DNA of 32,000 nucleotides from Xylanibacter ruminicola 23. Its GTDB lineage: Bacteria; Bacteroidota; Bacteroidia; Bacteroidales; Bacteroidaceae. Below the pieces are notes generated by a model, which was not told the origin of the DNA, ran no database searches, and saw nothing but the letters and a program-made list of their open reading frames with translations. Below, piece by piece: positions 24,888 through 32,000 of the stretch. The translations under genes and the position numbers were made by a program. Within the stretch, counting starts at the first letter, position 1; each line of letters starts with the position of its first letter. The stretch is from assembly GCF_000025925.1 (NCBI RefSeq), contig NC_014033.1:540001-572000 (forward strand), given 5' to 3'.

Positions 24888-24953
24888 TTACAAGCCCATG
24901 CAGCTCGTGGCGCCTAGGGCGGTTACTATCGCTGTGGCGATACTCGCTATCAT
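24888..24953 (-). CDS. Candidate 21-codon hydrophobic small ORF (MIASIATAIVTALGATSCMGL)
   Basis: I translated it by hand, from ATG 24953 to TAA 24888-24890. It has an in-frame stop two codons upstream, its own promoter about 150 nt upstream and a terminator 10 nt downstream. It is too short for the ORF track. Confidence 0.3.
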   Translation of the reverse strand: MIASIATAIVTALGATSCMGL

Positions 24954-25108
24954 TTTAAATTAAAGGGTTTGTTATAATCTTTCCTTTTCCTTAAAACCTC
25001 TTCCTTAGTCGTGCTTGAGCGGGTGTAGCCATCTAAAATTTTCTGGTAGGCCTACTAAAAATTTTTCTATGGCTTAAGCGCTCTTTTTGTTGCCTTTCAA
25101 CAACATTG

Positions 25109-25140
25109 CAAAGGTACAAAAAATATTTGAATTGTGCAAA
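25109..25140 (-). promoter_or_regulatory. Canonical Bacteroidota promoter TTTG-N20-TACCTTTG (minus strand) with no long ORF downstream
   Basis: The reverse complement reads TTTG CACAATTCAAATATTTTTTG TACCTTTG. Confidence 0.7.
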
Positions 25141-25192
25141 TATTTTGGTAGTTATTTTAGTCCATAAAACTACTTTTTCTATCTGATGATGG

Positions 25193-25363
25193 TTTTGCGC
25201 TTTTGCACTTTTGCACTTTTGCAAACTTGACATTAAGGTATTGGATATTTTAGTAAAATATCTCTATTATTATATAATATATATATTATATAATAATAGG
25301 CTTAGTATTATAGATTTCTAAAAACCTTTAAGTCAAGTTTGCAAAACCGCAAAACTGCAAAAG
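25193..25363. repeat. Composite imperfect palindrome (40-bp arms, 35/40 match) with TTTTGCNN 8-mer iterons
   Basis: Arms at 25200-25239 and 25324-25363 pair position by position about the centre at 25281/25282. The left arm carries TTTTGCGC TTTTGCAC TTTTGCAC TTTTGCAA (25193-25224), and three inverted copies lie on the right. Confidence 0.9.
25264..25299. repeat. Perfect 36-bp A/T-rich palindrome at the exact centre of the composite palindrome
   Basis: CTATTATTATATAATATATATATTATATAATAATAG equals its own reverse complement. An adjacent 19-bp palindrome GATATTTTAGTAAAATATC lies at 25244-25262. Confidence 0.95.
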
Positions 25364-25414
25364 TTTTATTCCGCTTCTGGGATATCACTCCACTTGGTAG
25401 TGTAGCTTGGACTG

Positions 25415-26332
25415 CTATCTGCCATAGAGTTTTGCGGCGAGGGCGCCGCTGATGTTGTGCCATACGCTGAAGATGGCACCGGGGATGGTGGCCAGGGGGT
25501 AGGCGGCAAAATGGAGTACGGCTAAGGATGAGGCCAAACCGCTGTTTTGCATGCCTACCTCGATGCTGAGGGCCACACGCTTGGGATGGGGTAGGCGCAG
25601 CAGGCGGCCGATGGCATAGCCTACACTGAGGCCTAACAGATTGTGCAATACGACGGCTGCTACCACAATGGCGCCTCCTAACAGCAGGCGACTGGCGTTA
25701 TGGCTGACGATGATGCCTACTACCAGGGCGATAACCACCGACGAGAGGGCTGGCAGATAGGGGGTGACGCTGCGGGTGGCACGGGGCATGAAACGCTGGC
25801 ACAACAGGCCTGCCACGATAGGGGCTATGACCACATATATAATACTGGTGAGCATGCCGATGGTATCTACATTGACCATGGTGCCTGCCATGAGCCATAC
25901 CAGCAACGGGGTTAGCACAGGCGCCAGGAGGGTGGAGCAGGCGGTCATGCCTACCGAGAGGGCCAGATCGCCCTTGGCCAGATAGGTGATGACATTGGAG
26001 GCGGTGCCGCCAGGACAGCAGCCCACGAGGATAACGCCTAAAGCCAACTCGTTAGGGAGCTGCAATGCCCACGAAATAAGGAATGCCAACAGCGGCATAA
26101 CGGTGAACTGGGCCAGGCAGCCTAACAGGATGTCCTTGGGGCGACTGAGCACGATACGGAAGTCGGCTGGCGATAGGGTAAGACCCATGCCGAACATGAT
26201 GACACCTAACATGGGATTGATGGTGTAGGTGCTCATCCAGTTAAGACTTTGGGGCACCAGCAGTGCTACTGCTGCCACCACCAATACCAATGCGCCCATC
26301 CAACGGGCTATGAAGTTACAAATGCGTTTCAT
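25415..26332 (-). CDS. Bile acid:sodium symporter (BASS/SBF) family transporter
   Basis: About 9 TM segments and the GCCPGGTASNV signature. An alternative start at M12 is possible. Confidence 0.9.
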   Translation of the reverse strand: MKRICNFIARWMGALVLVVAAVALLVPQSLNWMSTYTINPMLGVIMFGMGLTLSPADFRIVLSRPKDILLGCLAQFTVMPLLAFLISWALQLPNELALGVILVGCCPGGTASNVITYLAKGDLALSVGMTACSTLLAPVLTPLLVWLMAGTMVNVDTIGMLTSIIYVVIAPIVAGLLCQRFMPRATRSVTPYLPALSSVVIALVVGIIVSHNASRLLLGGAIVVAAVVLHNLLGLSVGYAIGRLLRLPHPKRVALSIEVGMQNSGLASSLAVLHFAAYPLATIPGAIFSVWHNISGALAAKLYGR

Positions 26333-26337
26333 GGCTG

Positions 26338-26345
26338 CAAAGGTA
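26338..26345 (-). promoter_or_regulatory. -7 box TACCTTTG (minus strand)
   Basis: Plus-strand CAAAGGTA lies only 5 nt from ATG 26332. This implies either a near-leaderless mRNA or use of the downstream Met codon. Confidence 0.5.
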
Positions 26346-26419
26346 CAACAATTTTAGCAGAGTGTACAACTTTCTTGTTAAAATCTATTAAAACACGCTT
26401 GTTTTCCAATTAAAATATG

Positions 26420-26427
26420 TACTTTTG
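26420..26427 (+). promoter_or_regulatory. -7 box TACTTTTG
   Basis: A CTTG lies 18 nt upstream, and ATG 26466 lies 38 nt downstream. Confidence 0.55.
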
Positions 26428-26465
26428 CCCTTGAAATAATAGGTAAAAAAATATTTGTAAGTAAG

Positions 26466-27047
26466 ATGAATAATCATTCAGTTGTAGGCGCAAAAATCAA
26501 GGGCCTTAGAGAAACCAAGAATCTCAGCATCGACGTGATTGCTGAGCGCAGCGGACTTACCGTAGAGCAGATAGAGAGTATTGAGAATGATGTGAACCTG
26601 CCATCGCTGGGTCCACTGATTAAGATTGCTCGTGCTTTAGGTGTTCGCCTAGGTACCTTTATGGATGATAACGATGCCCTTGGACCTATTGTTTGTCGCG
26701 CCGAAGATCGTGAGAAGGATAGCAGCATCAGCTTTAGCAACGGCGCTACTGATGCACGTAAGCACATGGAGTATCACCCATTGGCACAGCAGAAGGCTGG
26801 TCGCCACATGGAGCCATTCGTAATTGACATTAACCCCGAGGAGAACCCCAACTTCCAGTTGAGCGACCACGAGGGTGAGGAGTTTATCTACGTGATGCAG
26901 GGTGAAGTAGAGATTGTGTATGGTAAAGAGACCTACACCCTGAAAGAGGGCGACAGCATTTTCTACGACTCGATTGTAAAGCACCACGTACACGGTGCCC
27001 CTGGCAAGAGTGCAAAGATTCTGGCAGTAGTTTACATACCATTTTAA
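26466..27047 (+). CDS. XRE-family HTH transcriptional regulator with C-terminal cupin domain
   Basis: The N-terminal IKGLRETKNLSIDVIAERSGLTVEQIESIEN is an HTH_3 region. The C-terminal GEEFIYVMQGEVEI...GDSIFYDS..KHHV has a cupin pattern. Confidence 0.88.
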   Translation: MNNHSVVGAKIKGLRETKNLSIDVIAERSGLTVEQIESIENDVNLPSLGPLIKIARALGVRLGTFMDDNDALGPIVCRAEDREKDSSISFSNGATDARKHMEYHPLAQQKAGRHMEPFVIDINPEENPNFQLSDHEGEEFIYVMQGEVEIVYGKETYTLKEGDSIFYDSIVKHHVHGAPGKSAKILAVVYIPF

Positions 27048-27048
27048 T

Positions 27049-27076
27049 ACATTAAACATTAAACATTAAACATTAA
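27049..27076 (+). repeat. Perfect heptad tandem repeat (ACATTAA)x4
   Basis: It fills most of the 37-nt gap between the stop at 27047 and ATG 27085. Confidence 0.95.
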
Positions 27077-27084
27077 GGATTAAG

Positions 27085-28812
27085 ATGAGTGATGTAAAAT
27101 ACGATATGGCGGGCAGACCGCTGCCTGATAGAACTTATCCAGCCGAGACTGGCTCGGAGGGATACAAGCTGTGGGAAAGAACTCTGGGCGAATGGCTGGA
27201 GTACTGGGCTGAGACTACTCCTGATAAGGAATACATAGTATATTCGGATAGAGACCTGCGCTTTACATGGAGCAAGTTTAACGAGCGTGTGGATAATCTG
27301 GCCAAGGGCCTGATATCTATCGGCGTTAAGAAGGGCTCGAATGTGGGTATCTGGGCTACCAATGTGCCCGACTGGCTAACCTTCCTGTATGCTACAGCTA
27401 AGATTGGTGCAGTGCTGGTAACGGTGAACACCAACTACAAGCAGAACGAGCTGGAGTATCTGTGTAAGGACTCGGATATGGAAGTGCTTTGCATTACCGA
27501 TGGTACATGGGATTGTAACTATGTGGATATGACCTACACCATGCTGCCAGAGTTGAAGACTTGCGAGCGCGGACATCTGAACAGCGAGCGATTCCCTTAC
27601 CTGAAGAACGTAGTATATATAGGTATGGAGAAGTATCGCGGTATGTATAACACCGCCGAGCTGCTGCTGTTGGGTCAGAATATCGATGATGAGACACTGA
27701 ACACGATGAAGAAGCAGGTGAGCTGCTACGATGTGTGCAACATGCAGTACACCAGCGGTACCACAGGTTTCCCCAAGGGTGTGATGCTGACTCACTACGG
27801 CATTTCGAACGATGGTTACTTTACCGGCGAGAATATGGGCTTTACACAGGATGATAAGTTGTGTGTATGCGTGCCCTTGTTCCACTGCTTTGGTGTGGTG
27901 CTGGCCACGATGAACTGCTTGACTCACGGCTGTACCGAGGTGATGGTTGAGAAATTCGACCCACTGGTAGTGCTGGCCTCGATACACAAAGAGCGTTGTA
28001 CCGCCGTTTACGGTGTGCCTACGATGTTCATAGCCGAGCTGAACCACCCGATGTTCGACATGTTCGACCTGAGCTGTCTGCGTACAGGTATCATGGCCGG
28101 ATCGCTCTGTCCTATCGAGCTGATGAAGCAGGTAAGCGAAAAAATGTATATGACCATTACCAGCGTGTACGGACTGACCGAGAGCTCGCCTGGTATGACG
28201 CAGACCTGCCTGAACGACACTTTTGAGCAGCGTTGTACTACTGTGGGACGCGACTTCCCATTTGTAGATGTGAAGGTGCTCGACCCAGAGACCGGCGAGG
28301 AATGCCCCGTTGGCGTACAGGGTGAGATGTGCTGTAAGGGCTTTAACGTGATGAAGGGTTACTATAAGAATCCACAGGCTACGGCCGAGGTGATCGACAA
28401 GAACGGCTATCTGCACTCGGGCGACCTGGGTGTGAAAGATGAGCAGGGCTTCTATAAGATTACCGGACGTATCAAGGATATGATTATTCGTGGTGGTGAG
28501 AATATCTACCCACGCGAGATTGAGGAGTTCCTGTATCACATGCCTGGCATTCGCGATGTACAGGTGGCTGCTGTGCCATCTAAGAAATATGGCGAGGCCG
28601 TGGGTGCCTTTATCATCCTGGAAGAGGGTGTGGAGATGACGCCCGAGGATGTGCAGCTGTTCTGCCGAGGCAAGATAGCCCGATACAAAATTCCGAAGTA
28701 CGTGTTCTTTATCAAGGAATTCCCGCTCACGGGATCAGGTAAGATCCAGAAATTCAAACTAAAGGAGATGAGCCTGAAACTATGTGAGGAACAAGGAATT
28801 GAGGTGGTCTAG
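27085..28812 (+). CDS. AMP-binding acyl-CoA synthetase / fatty-acid-CoA ligase family
   Basis: [16 protein letters not shown] (AMP-binding motif I), YGLTE, GDLG and [16 protein letters not shown] motifs. Confidence 0.9.
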   Translation: MSDVKYDMAGRPLPDRTYPAETGSEGYKLWERTLGEWLEYWAETTPDKEYIVYSDRDLRFTWSKFNERVDNLAKGLISIGVKKGSNVGIWATNVPDWLTFLYATAKIGAVLVTVNTNYKQNELEYLCKDSDMEVLCITDGTWDCNYVDMTYTMLPELKTCERGHLNSERFPYLKNVVYIGMEKYRGMYNTAELLLLGQNIDDETLNTMKKQVSCYDVCNMQYTSGTTGFPKGVMLTHYGISNDGYFTGENMGFTQDDKLCVCVPLFHCFGVVLATMNCLTHGCTEVMVEKFDPLVVLASIHKERCTAVYGVPTMFIAELNHPMFDMFDLSCLRTGIMAGSLCPIELMKQVSEKMYMTITSVYGLTESSPGMTQTCLNDTFEQRCTTVGRDFPFVDVKVLDPETGEECPVGVQGEMCCKGFNVMKGYYKNPQATAEVIDKNGYLHSGDLGVKDEQGFYKITGRIKDMIIRGGENIYPREIEEFLYHMPGIRDVQVAAVPSKKYGEAVGAFIILEEGVEMTPEDVQLFCRGKIARYKIPKYVFFIKEFPLTGSGKIQKFKLKEMSLKLCEEQGIEVV

Positions 28813-28817
28813 ACCAC

Positions 28818-28852
28818 AATTGAGAATTGAAAATTGACAATTGATAATAAGA
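28818..28852 (+). repeat. AT-rich heptad tandem repeat (AATTGAN)n, second copy
   Basis: AATTGAG AATTGAA AATTGAC AATTGAT AATAAGA. It ends 4 nt before ATG 28857, and its first 20 nt are identical to 15494-15513. Confidence 0.9.
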
Positions 28853-28856
28853 ACCA

Positions 28857-31307
28857 ATGACTAGAAGATACGCGATAATACTACTAACAGTGCTGCTGTC
28901 GATTTTGACTGCAGGGGCTGTTAATGTGTCACCGCGTATCTTCCGTAATTATACCGCAGCTAACGGTTTGGCCGATAACGGTGCCCAAACCATTCTTTGC
29001 ACCAAGACTGGCCGACTGGTGATTACCACCGCAGGTCAGATTAACTTCTACGACGGCGCCTCGTTCTCGTATATCGACCCGCTGGATGAGAACATCTACG
29101 CCCTGTCGGATTATCGTGGTAATTACCATCTGTACTTCGACAAGTATCACCACATCTGGCTGAAGAACACGGGTAGCGTTACTTGTGTAGAGCTGATTAC
29201 CGAACGCTTTGTGCCGAGCATTGAGGATGTGTTTGCCGAGTTTGGTGTGAAAGAGCGCGTAATGGACTTGTTTGTGGACCGTACGGGTGTGGTTTGGCTG
29301 CTGACGGCCAACGGTTTGTATTCGGTTGAAACCAAGCAGTACATCAAGACGCGTGCGGGCTTGAACCTGCAGGACCTGGAGGTGTATAAGGACAAGTTTC
29401 TGATGCTGTTCTACGAGAACGGACTGATGGAGATGTACGATATTACCAAGGGCAAGCGTGTGGCCGAGAACCGGCCCTATAACGACGATATGGCCCGCCA
29501 CTATGCGGCTTCGTCGCTGGTAATGATGGACAGCACCAAGGTGTACCAGATACGTAACGGTGCCAAGGAGGCCATACTGATGCAGTACGACGTGCCACGC
29601 AAGGAGTGGACCGAACTGCTGCGCACACCTTACCACCTGAACAGTTTGGTGAAGCACGACTCGCTATTGTATGTGCCTTGCGAATACGGTTATTGGACAG
29701 TACACGAGAGCAGCTACGAGACTACCCATTTCGAGGCACTGAGTATTGTGTCCGGGCAGCCGCTCGAAACCGATATCAACGTGATTGCCTTCGACCGCCA
29801 GGGTGGTATGTGGGCCGGTACCGAGAGTCGCGGCATTCTTTACTCGATGCCTTACAAACAGCCATTCCATGCATATCCTTGGGGCACCCCGATAGCTAAC
29901 CAGCTGGGCTCTATGATGAGTAACGTAAACCAGTGGCCAAAATTCCGCGACCGCACTGTGAACTGCGTGTTTAAGGATTCGCGAGGCTGGACGTGGGTGG
30001 GCACATCGCAGGGCTTGCAGGTGTATCGCCGCGAAAGCGACCTGTTGCCACAGGTTTACACCACCAAGGATGGCTTGTACAACAATATTGTACACTCGGT
30101 AGTAGAAGACCGCGACCACCACATCTGGGTGGCTACCAGCTACGGTATATCGGTAGTGCTGTTTGACGAGGATGGCAAGGTACACTTTATCAACAGCTAC
30201 AACGAGTACGACCATGTGCCTAACGAGGTGTTTGTGAATGGTAAGGCCATGCTGCTGCCCGACGGGCAGATAGCCATGCAGTCGCTCGACCATGTGGTGC
30301 TGTTTGATCCTACCAAGATGTCGACACTCGACAACAGTTATCCGTTTAAGATTTATCCTAAGCTGATAAAGCTGATGGTTAACGGTATAGATGTGAACCC
30401 TACTACCGAGATTGACGGAAAACGCATACTGGATCGTGCCCTGAGTCGTGTCTGGGGCCTGGATCTGAATTACAATCAGAACTCGTTGACGCTGGTGTTC
30501 TCGGCTTTGAACTACTTCCGTCCGCAACAGACGTTCTATCGCGTGCGTGTGCTGGGGCTCGACGAGGAGTGGCGCATACTGTCGCCATTCAGTTCGGATA
30601 TGGTTGACAAGGATGGCCTGCTGCACCTGCCGCTGATAGCGCTGCGCCCAGGACACTACACCATACAGGTACAAGCTTCGTTAGCACCCGATGTATGGGA
30701 TACCAAACCTTACGAGTGGACCATCGACGTGAACGAGCCTTGGTGGCGTTCGGTAGGTATGTTCGGACTGTTGGCCTTTGTGCTGGTAGTGATGGCGGGT
30801 ATTAACCTGTTCTACTATATGAAGAATGCCAACCTGCGTGCTATGCGTAACAGCGAGGAGATTGGCCTGATTAACCGTATCTACGCTTTTGTGGACCGTT
30901 GTAACACCAGCGCCGAGGTACTGGAGCCAGTGGTTGAGGAATACACTTCGGCACAGCCCGACCCGCAGGTAGAACTGGATGAAGACTTCCTGAAGATATA
31001 TAAGAAGATTGCCCATGTGGTAGAGTTTGAGCGCAAGAAGAAAAAGATGACCATGCGCCGACTGAGCAATGCCGCCGGCATGGATGCCAAGACGTTCTAT
31101 CAGGTGATTACCACCAATATATTCAAGAGTCCGCGACCACTGATTAAGCAGGCCCGACTGCAGCAGGCCGAGCGCATGCTGCGTAACACCAAGGAGCCGC
31201 TTGAGGTGATAGCTGATAAGTGCGGATTTATTTCGGTAAACTTCCTGATATCGCAGTTCTTCCAGGTTCACCACGTTACTCCCGACCAGTATCGCAGAAA
31301 GCGCTAA
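28857..31307 (+). CDS. Membrane-tethered sensor-regulator: periplasmic two-component-regulator propeller + Y_Y_Y domain, one TM segment, cytoplasmic AraC-type HTH
   Basis: After the signal/TM segment come repeated W.GT..GL propeller-like motifs (MWAGTESRGI, TWVGTSQGL, IWVATSYGI). The TM segment is SVGMFGLLAFVLVVMAGINLFYY. The C-terminal AraC HTH reads ...ARLQQAERMLRNTKEPLEVIADKCGF. I saw no H-box, ATPase or receiver motifs. Confidence 0.8.
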   Translation: MTRRYAIILLTVLLSILTAGAVNVSPRIFRNYTAANGLADNGAQTILCTKTGRLVITTAGQINFYDGASFSYIDPLDENIYALSDYRGNYHLYFDKYHHIWLKNTGSVTCVELITERFVPSIEDVFAEFGVKERVMDLFVDRTGVVWLLTANGLYSVETKQYIKTRAGLNLQDLEVYKDKFLMLFYENGLMEMYDITKGKRVAENRPYNDDMARHYAASSLVMMDSTKVYQIRNGAKEAILMQYDVPRKEWTELLRTPYHLNSLVKHDSLLYVPCEYGYWTVHESSYETTHFEALSIVSGQPLETDINVIAFDRQGGMWAGTESRGILYSMPYKQPFHAYPWGTPIANQLGSMMSNVNQWPKFRDRTVNCVFKDSRGWTWVGTSQGLQVYRRESDLLPQVYTTKDGLYNNIVHSVVEDRDHHIWVATSYGISVVLFDEDGKVHFINSYNEYDHVPNEVFVNGKAMLLPDGQIAMQSLDHVVLFDPTKMSTLDNSYPFKIYPKLIKLMVNGIDVNPTTEIDGKRILDRALSRVWGLDLNYNQNSLTLVFSALNYFRPQQTFYRVRVLGLDEEWRILSPFSSDMVDKDGLLHLPLIALRPGHYTIQVQASLAPDVWDTKPYEWTIDVNEPWWRSVGMFGLLAFVLVVMAGINLFYYMKNANLRAMRNSEEIGLINRIYAFVDRCNTSAEVLEPVVEEYTSAQPDPQVELDEDFLKIYKKIAHVVEFERKKKKMTMRRLSNAAGMDAKTFYQVITTNIFKSPRPLIKQARLQQAERMLRNTKEPLEVIADKCGFISVNFLISQFFQVHHVTPDQYRRKR

Positions 31308-32000
31308 GGCGCCAAGTGCGGTCGGTAGTGCCCTTGTAATAAACTAAAGCTTGATATTGATTTTCGGTTTGGTAATAGTTGCCCTCGCTGGCTAACTGTT
31401 GCCCATCGGCTGTGGTGTACTGGTAGTTGTAATAGCCTTGCTTCTGTAGGATGCTGGCTGTGTACAGCTCGTTTACGGGGTCGTAATACAGCATGTAGTC
31501 GTCGGCACCTGTAGCAGTAGTCCAGCGGCCGCTGATGTAGATAGGTCCCTGGCGTGGTACACGCAGGCGGTAGTTTACCCACACATACTGGCCAGTGGTG
31601 CTTACCTCGTGGTAGTCGCTGTTGCGGATACAGAAGGCGCCGTTGGCATCCTCGTCGTACAGGTAGTTGGGGCGGGGGGCATCTACAAAGGTGTAGGCCT
31701 GATAGTTCTCGCCATCCCAGGTAATGTGGTCGATACCCATGGTGGGATGACTCACATCCAGCACCTCGAACTTACGATACTCGTTGCCCGCATCGAAGAT
31801 GAGCTCGCGGTTGTGGCTCCACTCCAGACCGTTGCGGGTGGTGATGTTGGGCTTTATGCCCTGGCGCATATTGCGCTGCTGGTGGTTCTGCATCACTACG
31901 GCGTAAATCTGCGTATCGGGGTTGGTAACGGGCAGGCTGCCATAGTCGAGCGCCATCGTTACCTGCTGGTGACTCACACGGGTGTCGATATCGGTGTTAG
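31276..32000 (-). CDS. DUF5103 / T9SS plug-like domain protein; N-terminus lies outside the window
   Basis: The C-terminal ...QKQGYYNYQY...EGNYYQTENQYQALVYYKGTTDRTWRL matches my memory of the DUF5103 signature. The frame appears open to the window edge. The 3' end overlaps the convergent sensor gene by 32 nt. Confidence 0.6.
   Translation of the reverse strand, partial: NTDIDTRVSHQQVTMALDYGSLPVTNPDTQIYAVVMQNHQQRNMRQGIKPNITTRNGLEWSHNRELIFDAGNEYRKFEVLDVSHPTMGIDHITWDGENYQAYTFVDAPRPNYLYDEDANGAFCIRNSDYHEVSTTGQYVWVNYRLRVPRQGPIYISGRWTTATGADDYMLYYDPVNELYTASILQKQGYYNYQYTTADGQQLASEGNYYQTENQYQALVYYKGTTDRTWRLSAFCDTGRE

Noticed and set aside
25193-25224. Possible CRISPR-like or other spaced repeat array (TTTTGCNN octamers; heptad repeats at 15494, 27049 and 28818)
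   Set aside because: The repeats are contiguous 7-8-mers without spacers, far shorter than CRISPR repeats, and no cas genes are present.
25033-25233. 66-aa minus-strand ORF
   Set aside because: Its start lies inside the palindrome arm and it reads through the consensus promoter at 25109-25140. The promoter would start transcription downstream of most of this ORF.
24379-25414. Known housekeeping ncRNA (tmRNA, RNase P RNA, 6S, SRP RNA) in the 1-kb gap
   Set aside because: I could not find hallmark sequences on either strand, such as the GGAAAGUCC-type RNase P motif, tmRNA acceptor and T-arm ends with a tag ORF, or the SRP GGAA tetraloop context. This was a by-eye check only, and an Rfam scan is still needed.
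27376-28539. 387-aa minus-strand ORF antisense to the acyl-CoA synthetase
   Set aside because: This is a shadow ORF with H/Q/L/V-rich low complexity. The sense strand has all the AMP-binding motifs.
28929-31274. Three long minus-strand ORFs (28929-29657, 29664-30674, 30681-31274) antisense to the sensor-regulator
   Set aside because: They tile the antisense strand of one long, motif-supported gene, which is the typical shadow-ORF pattern.

Overview
This is a Bacteroidota-type chromosomal window, probably Prevotella/Segatella- or Bacteroides-like. The evidence for that placement is TAnnTTTG -7 boxes a few bases to a few tens of bases upstream of most start codons, the general absence of Shine-Dalgarno sites, and the gene content: a serine palmitoyltransferase, a DUF5103/T9SS-plug-like protein and a propeller/Y_Y_Y sensor. 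The layout runs as follows. (i) Bases 1-5591 are the distal part of a surface-glycan (capsule/LPS-like) biosynthesis operon. It is AT-richer by eye and encodes a CMP-sugar synthetase tail, a sialyltransferase-like GT, a clan GH-A lipoprotein, two SDR epimerases and a GT4. (ii) Bases 5612-7454 hold a 20-bp inverted repeat followed by an orphan cassette of two unknown ORFs and a HUH/Y1-transposase-like protein with a C-terminal HTH. (iii) Bases 7502-19520 are mostly housekeeping genes: hisB, a Gfo/Idh/MocA oxidoreductase, DUF4421-like, DUF1460, YkvA, tRNA-Cys, a lipid kinase divergent from serine palmitoyltransferase, tRNA-Pro, a GH51 arabinofuranosidase, msrA and a YgjP-like protein. (iv) Bases 19720-22651 encode a secreted M16 peptidase pair, one with an intact HxxEH site and one with a destroyed site. 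(v) Bases 22717-25414 are the least ordinary part. They contain a stand-alone CbbX/SpoVK-type AAA+ ATPase with an unknown N-terminal domain and a poly-acidic linker, followed upstream by about 1 kb without any convincing long ORF. That gap holds two canonical minus-strand promoters, a small terminated transcript with a 21-codon hydrophobic ORF, and a roughly 170-bp co-centred composite palindrome with 8-mer iterons. (vi) Bases 25415-32000 encode a BASS transporter, an XRE-cupin regulator plus an acyl-CoA synthetase, a membrane-tethered propeller-AraC one-component sensor and a DUF5103-like gene. I saw no CRISPR array, integrase, phage structural gene, restriction-modification system or recognisable toxin-antitoxin pair. 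All functional calls come from motif recognition by eye, with no database search. Coordinates of short motifs may be off by 1-2 nt.
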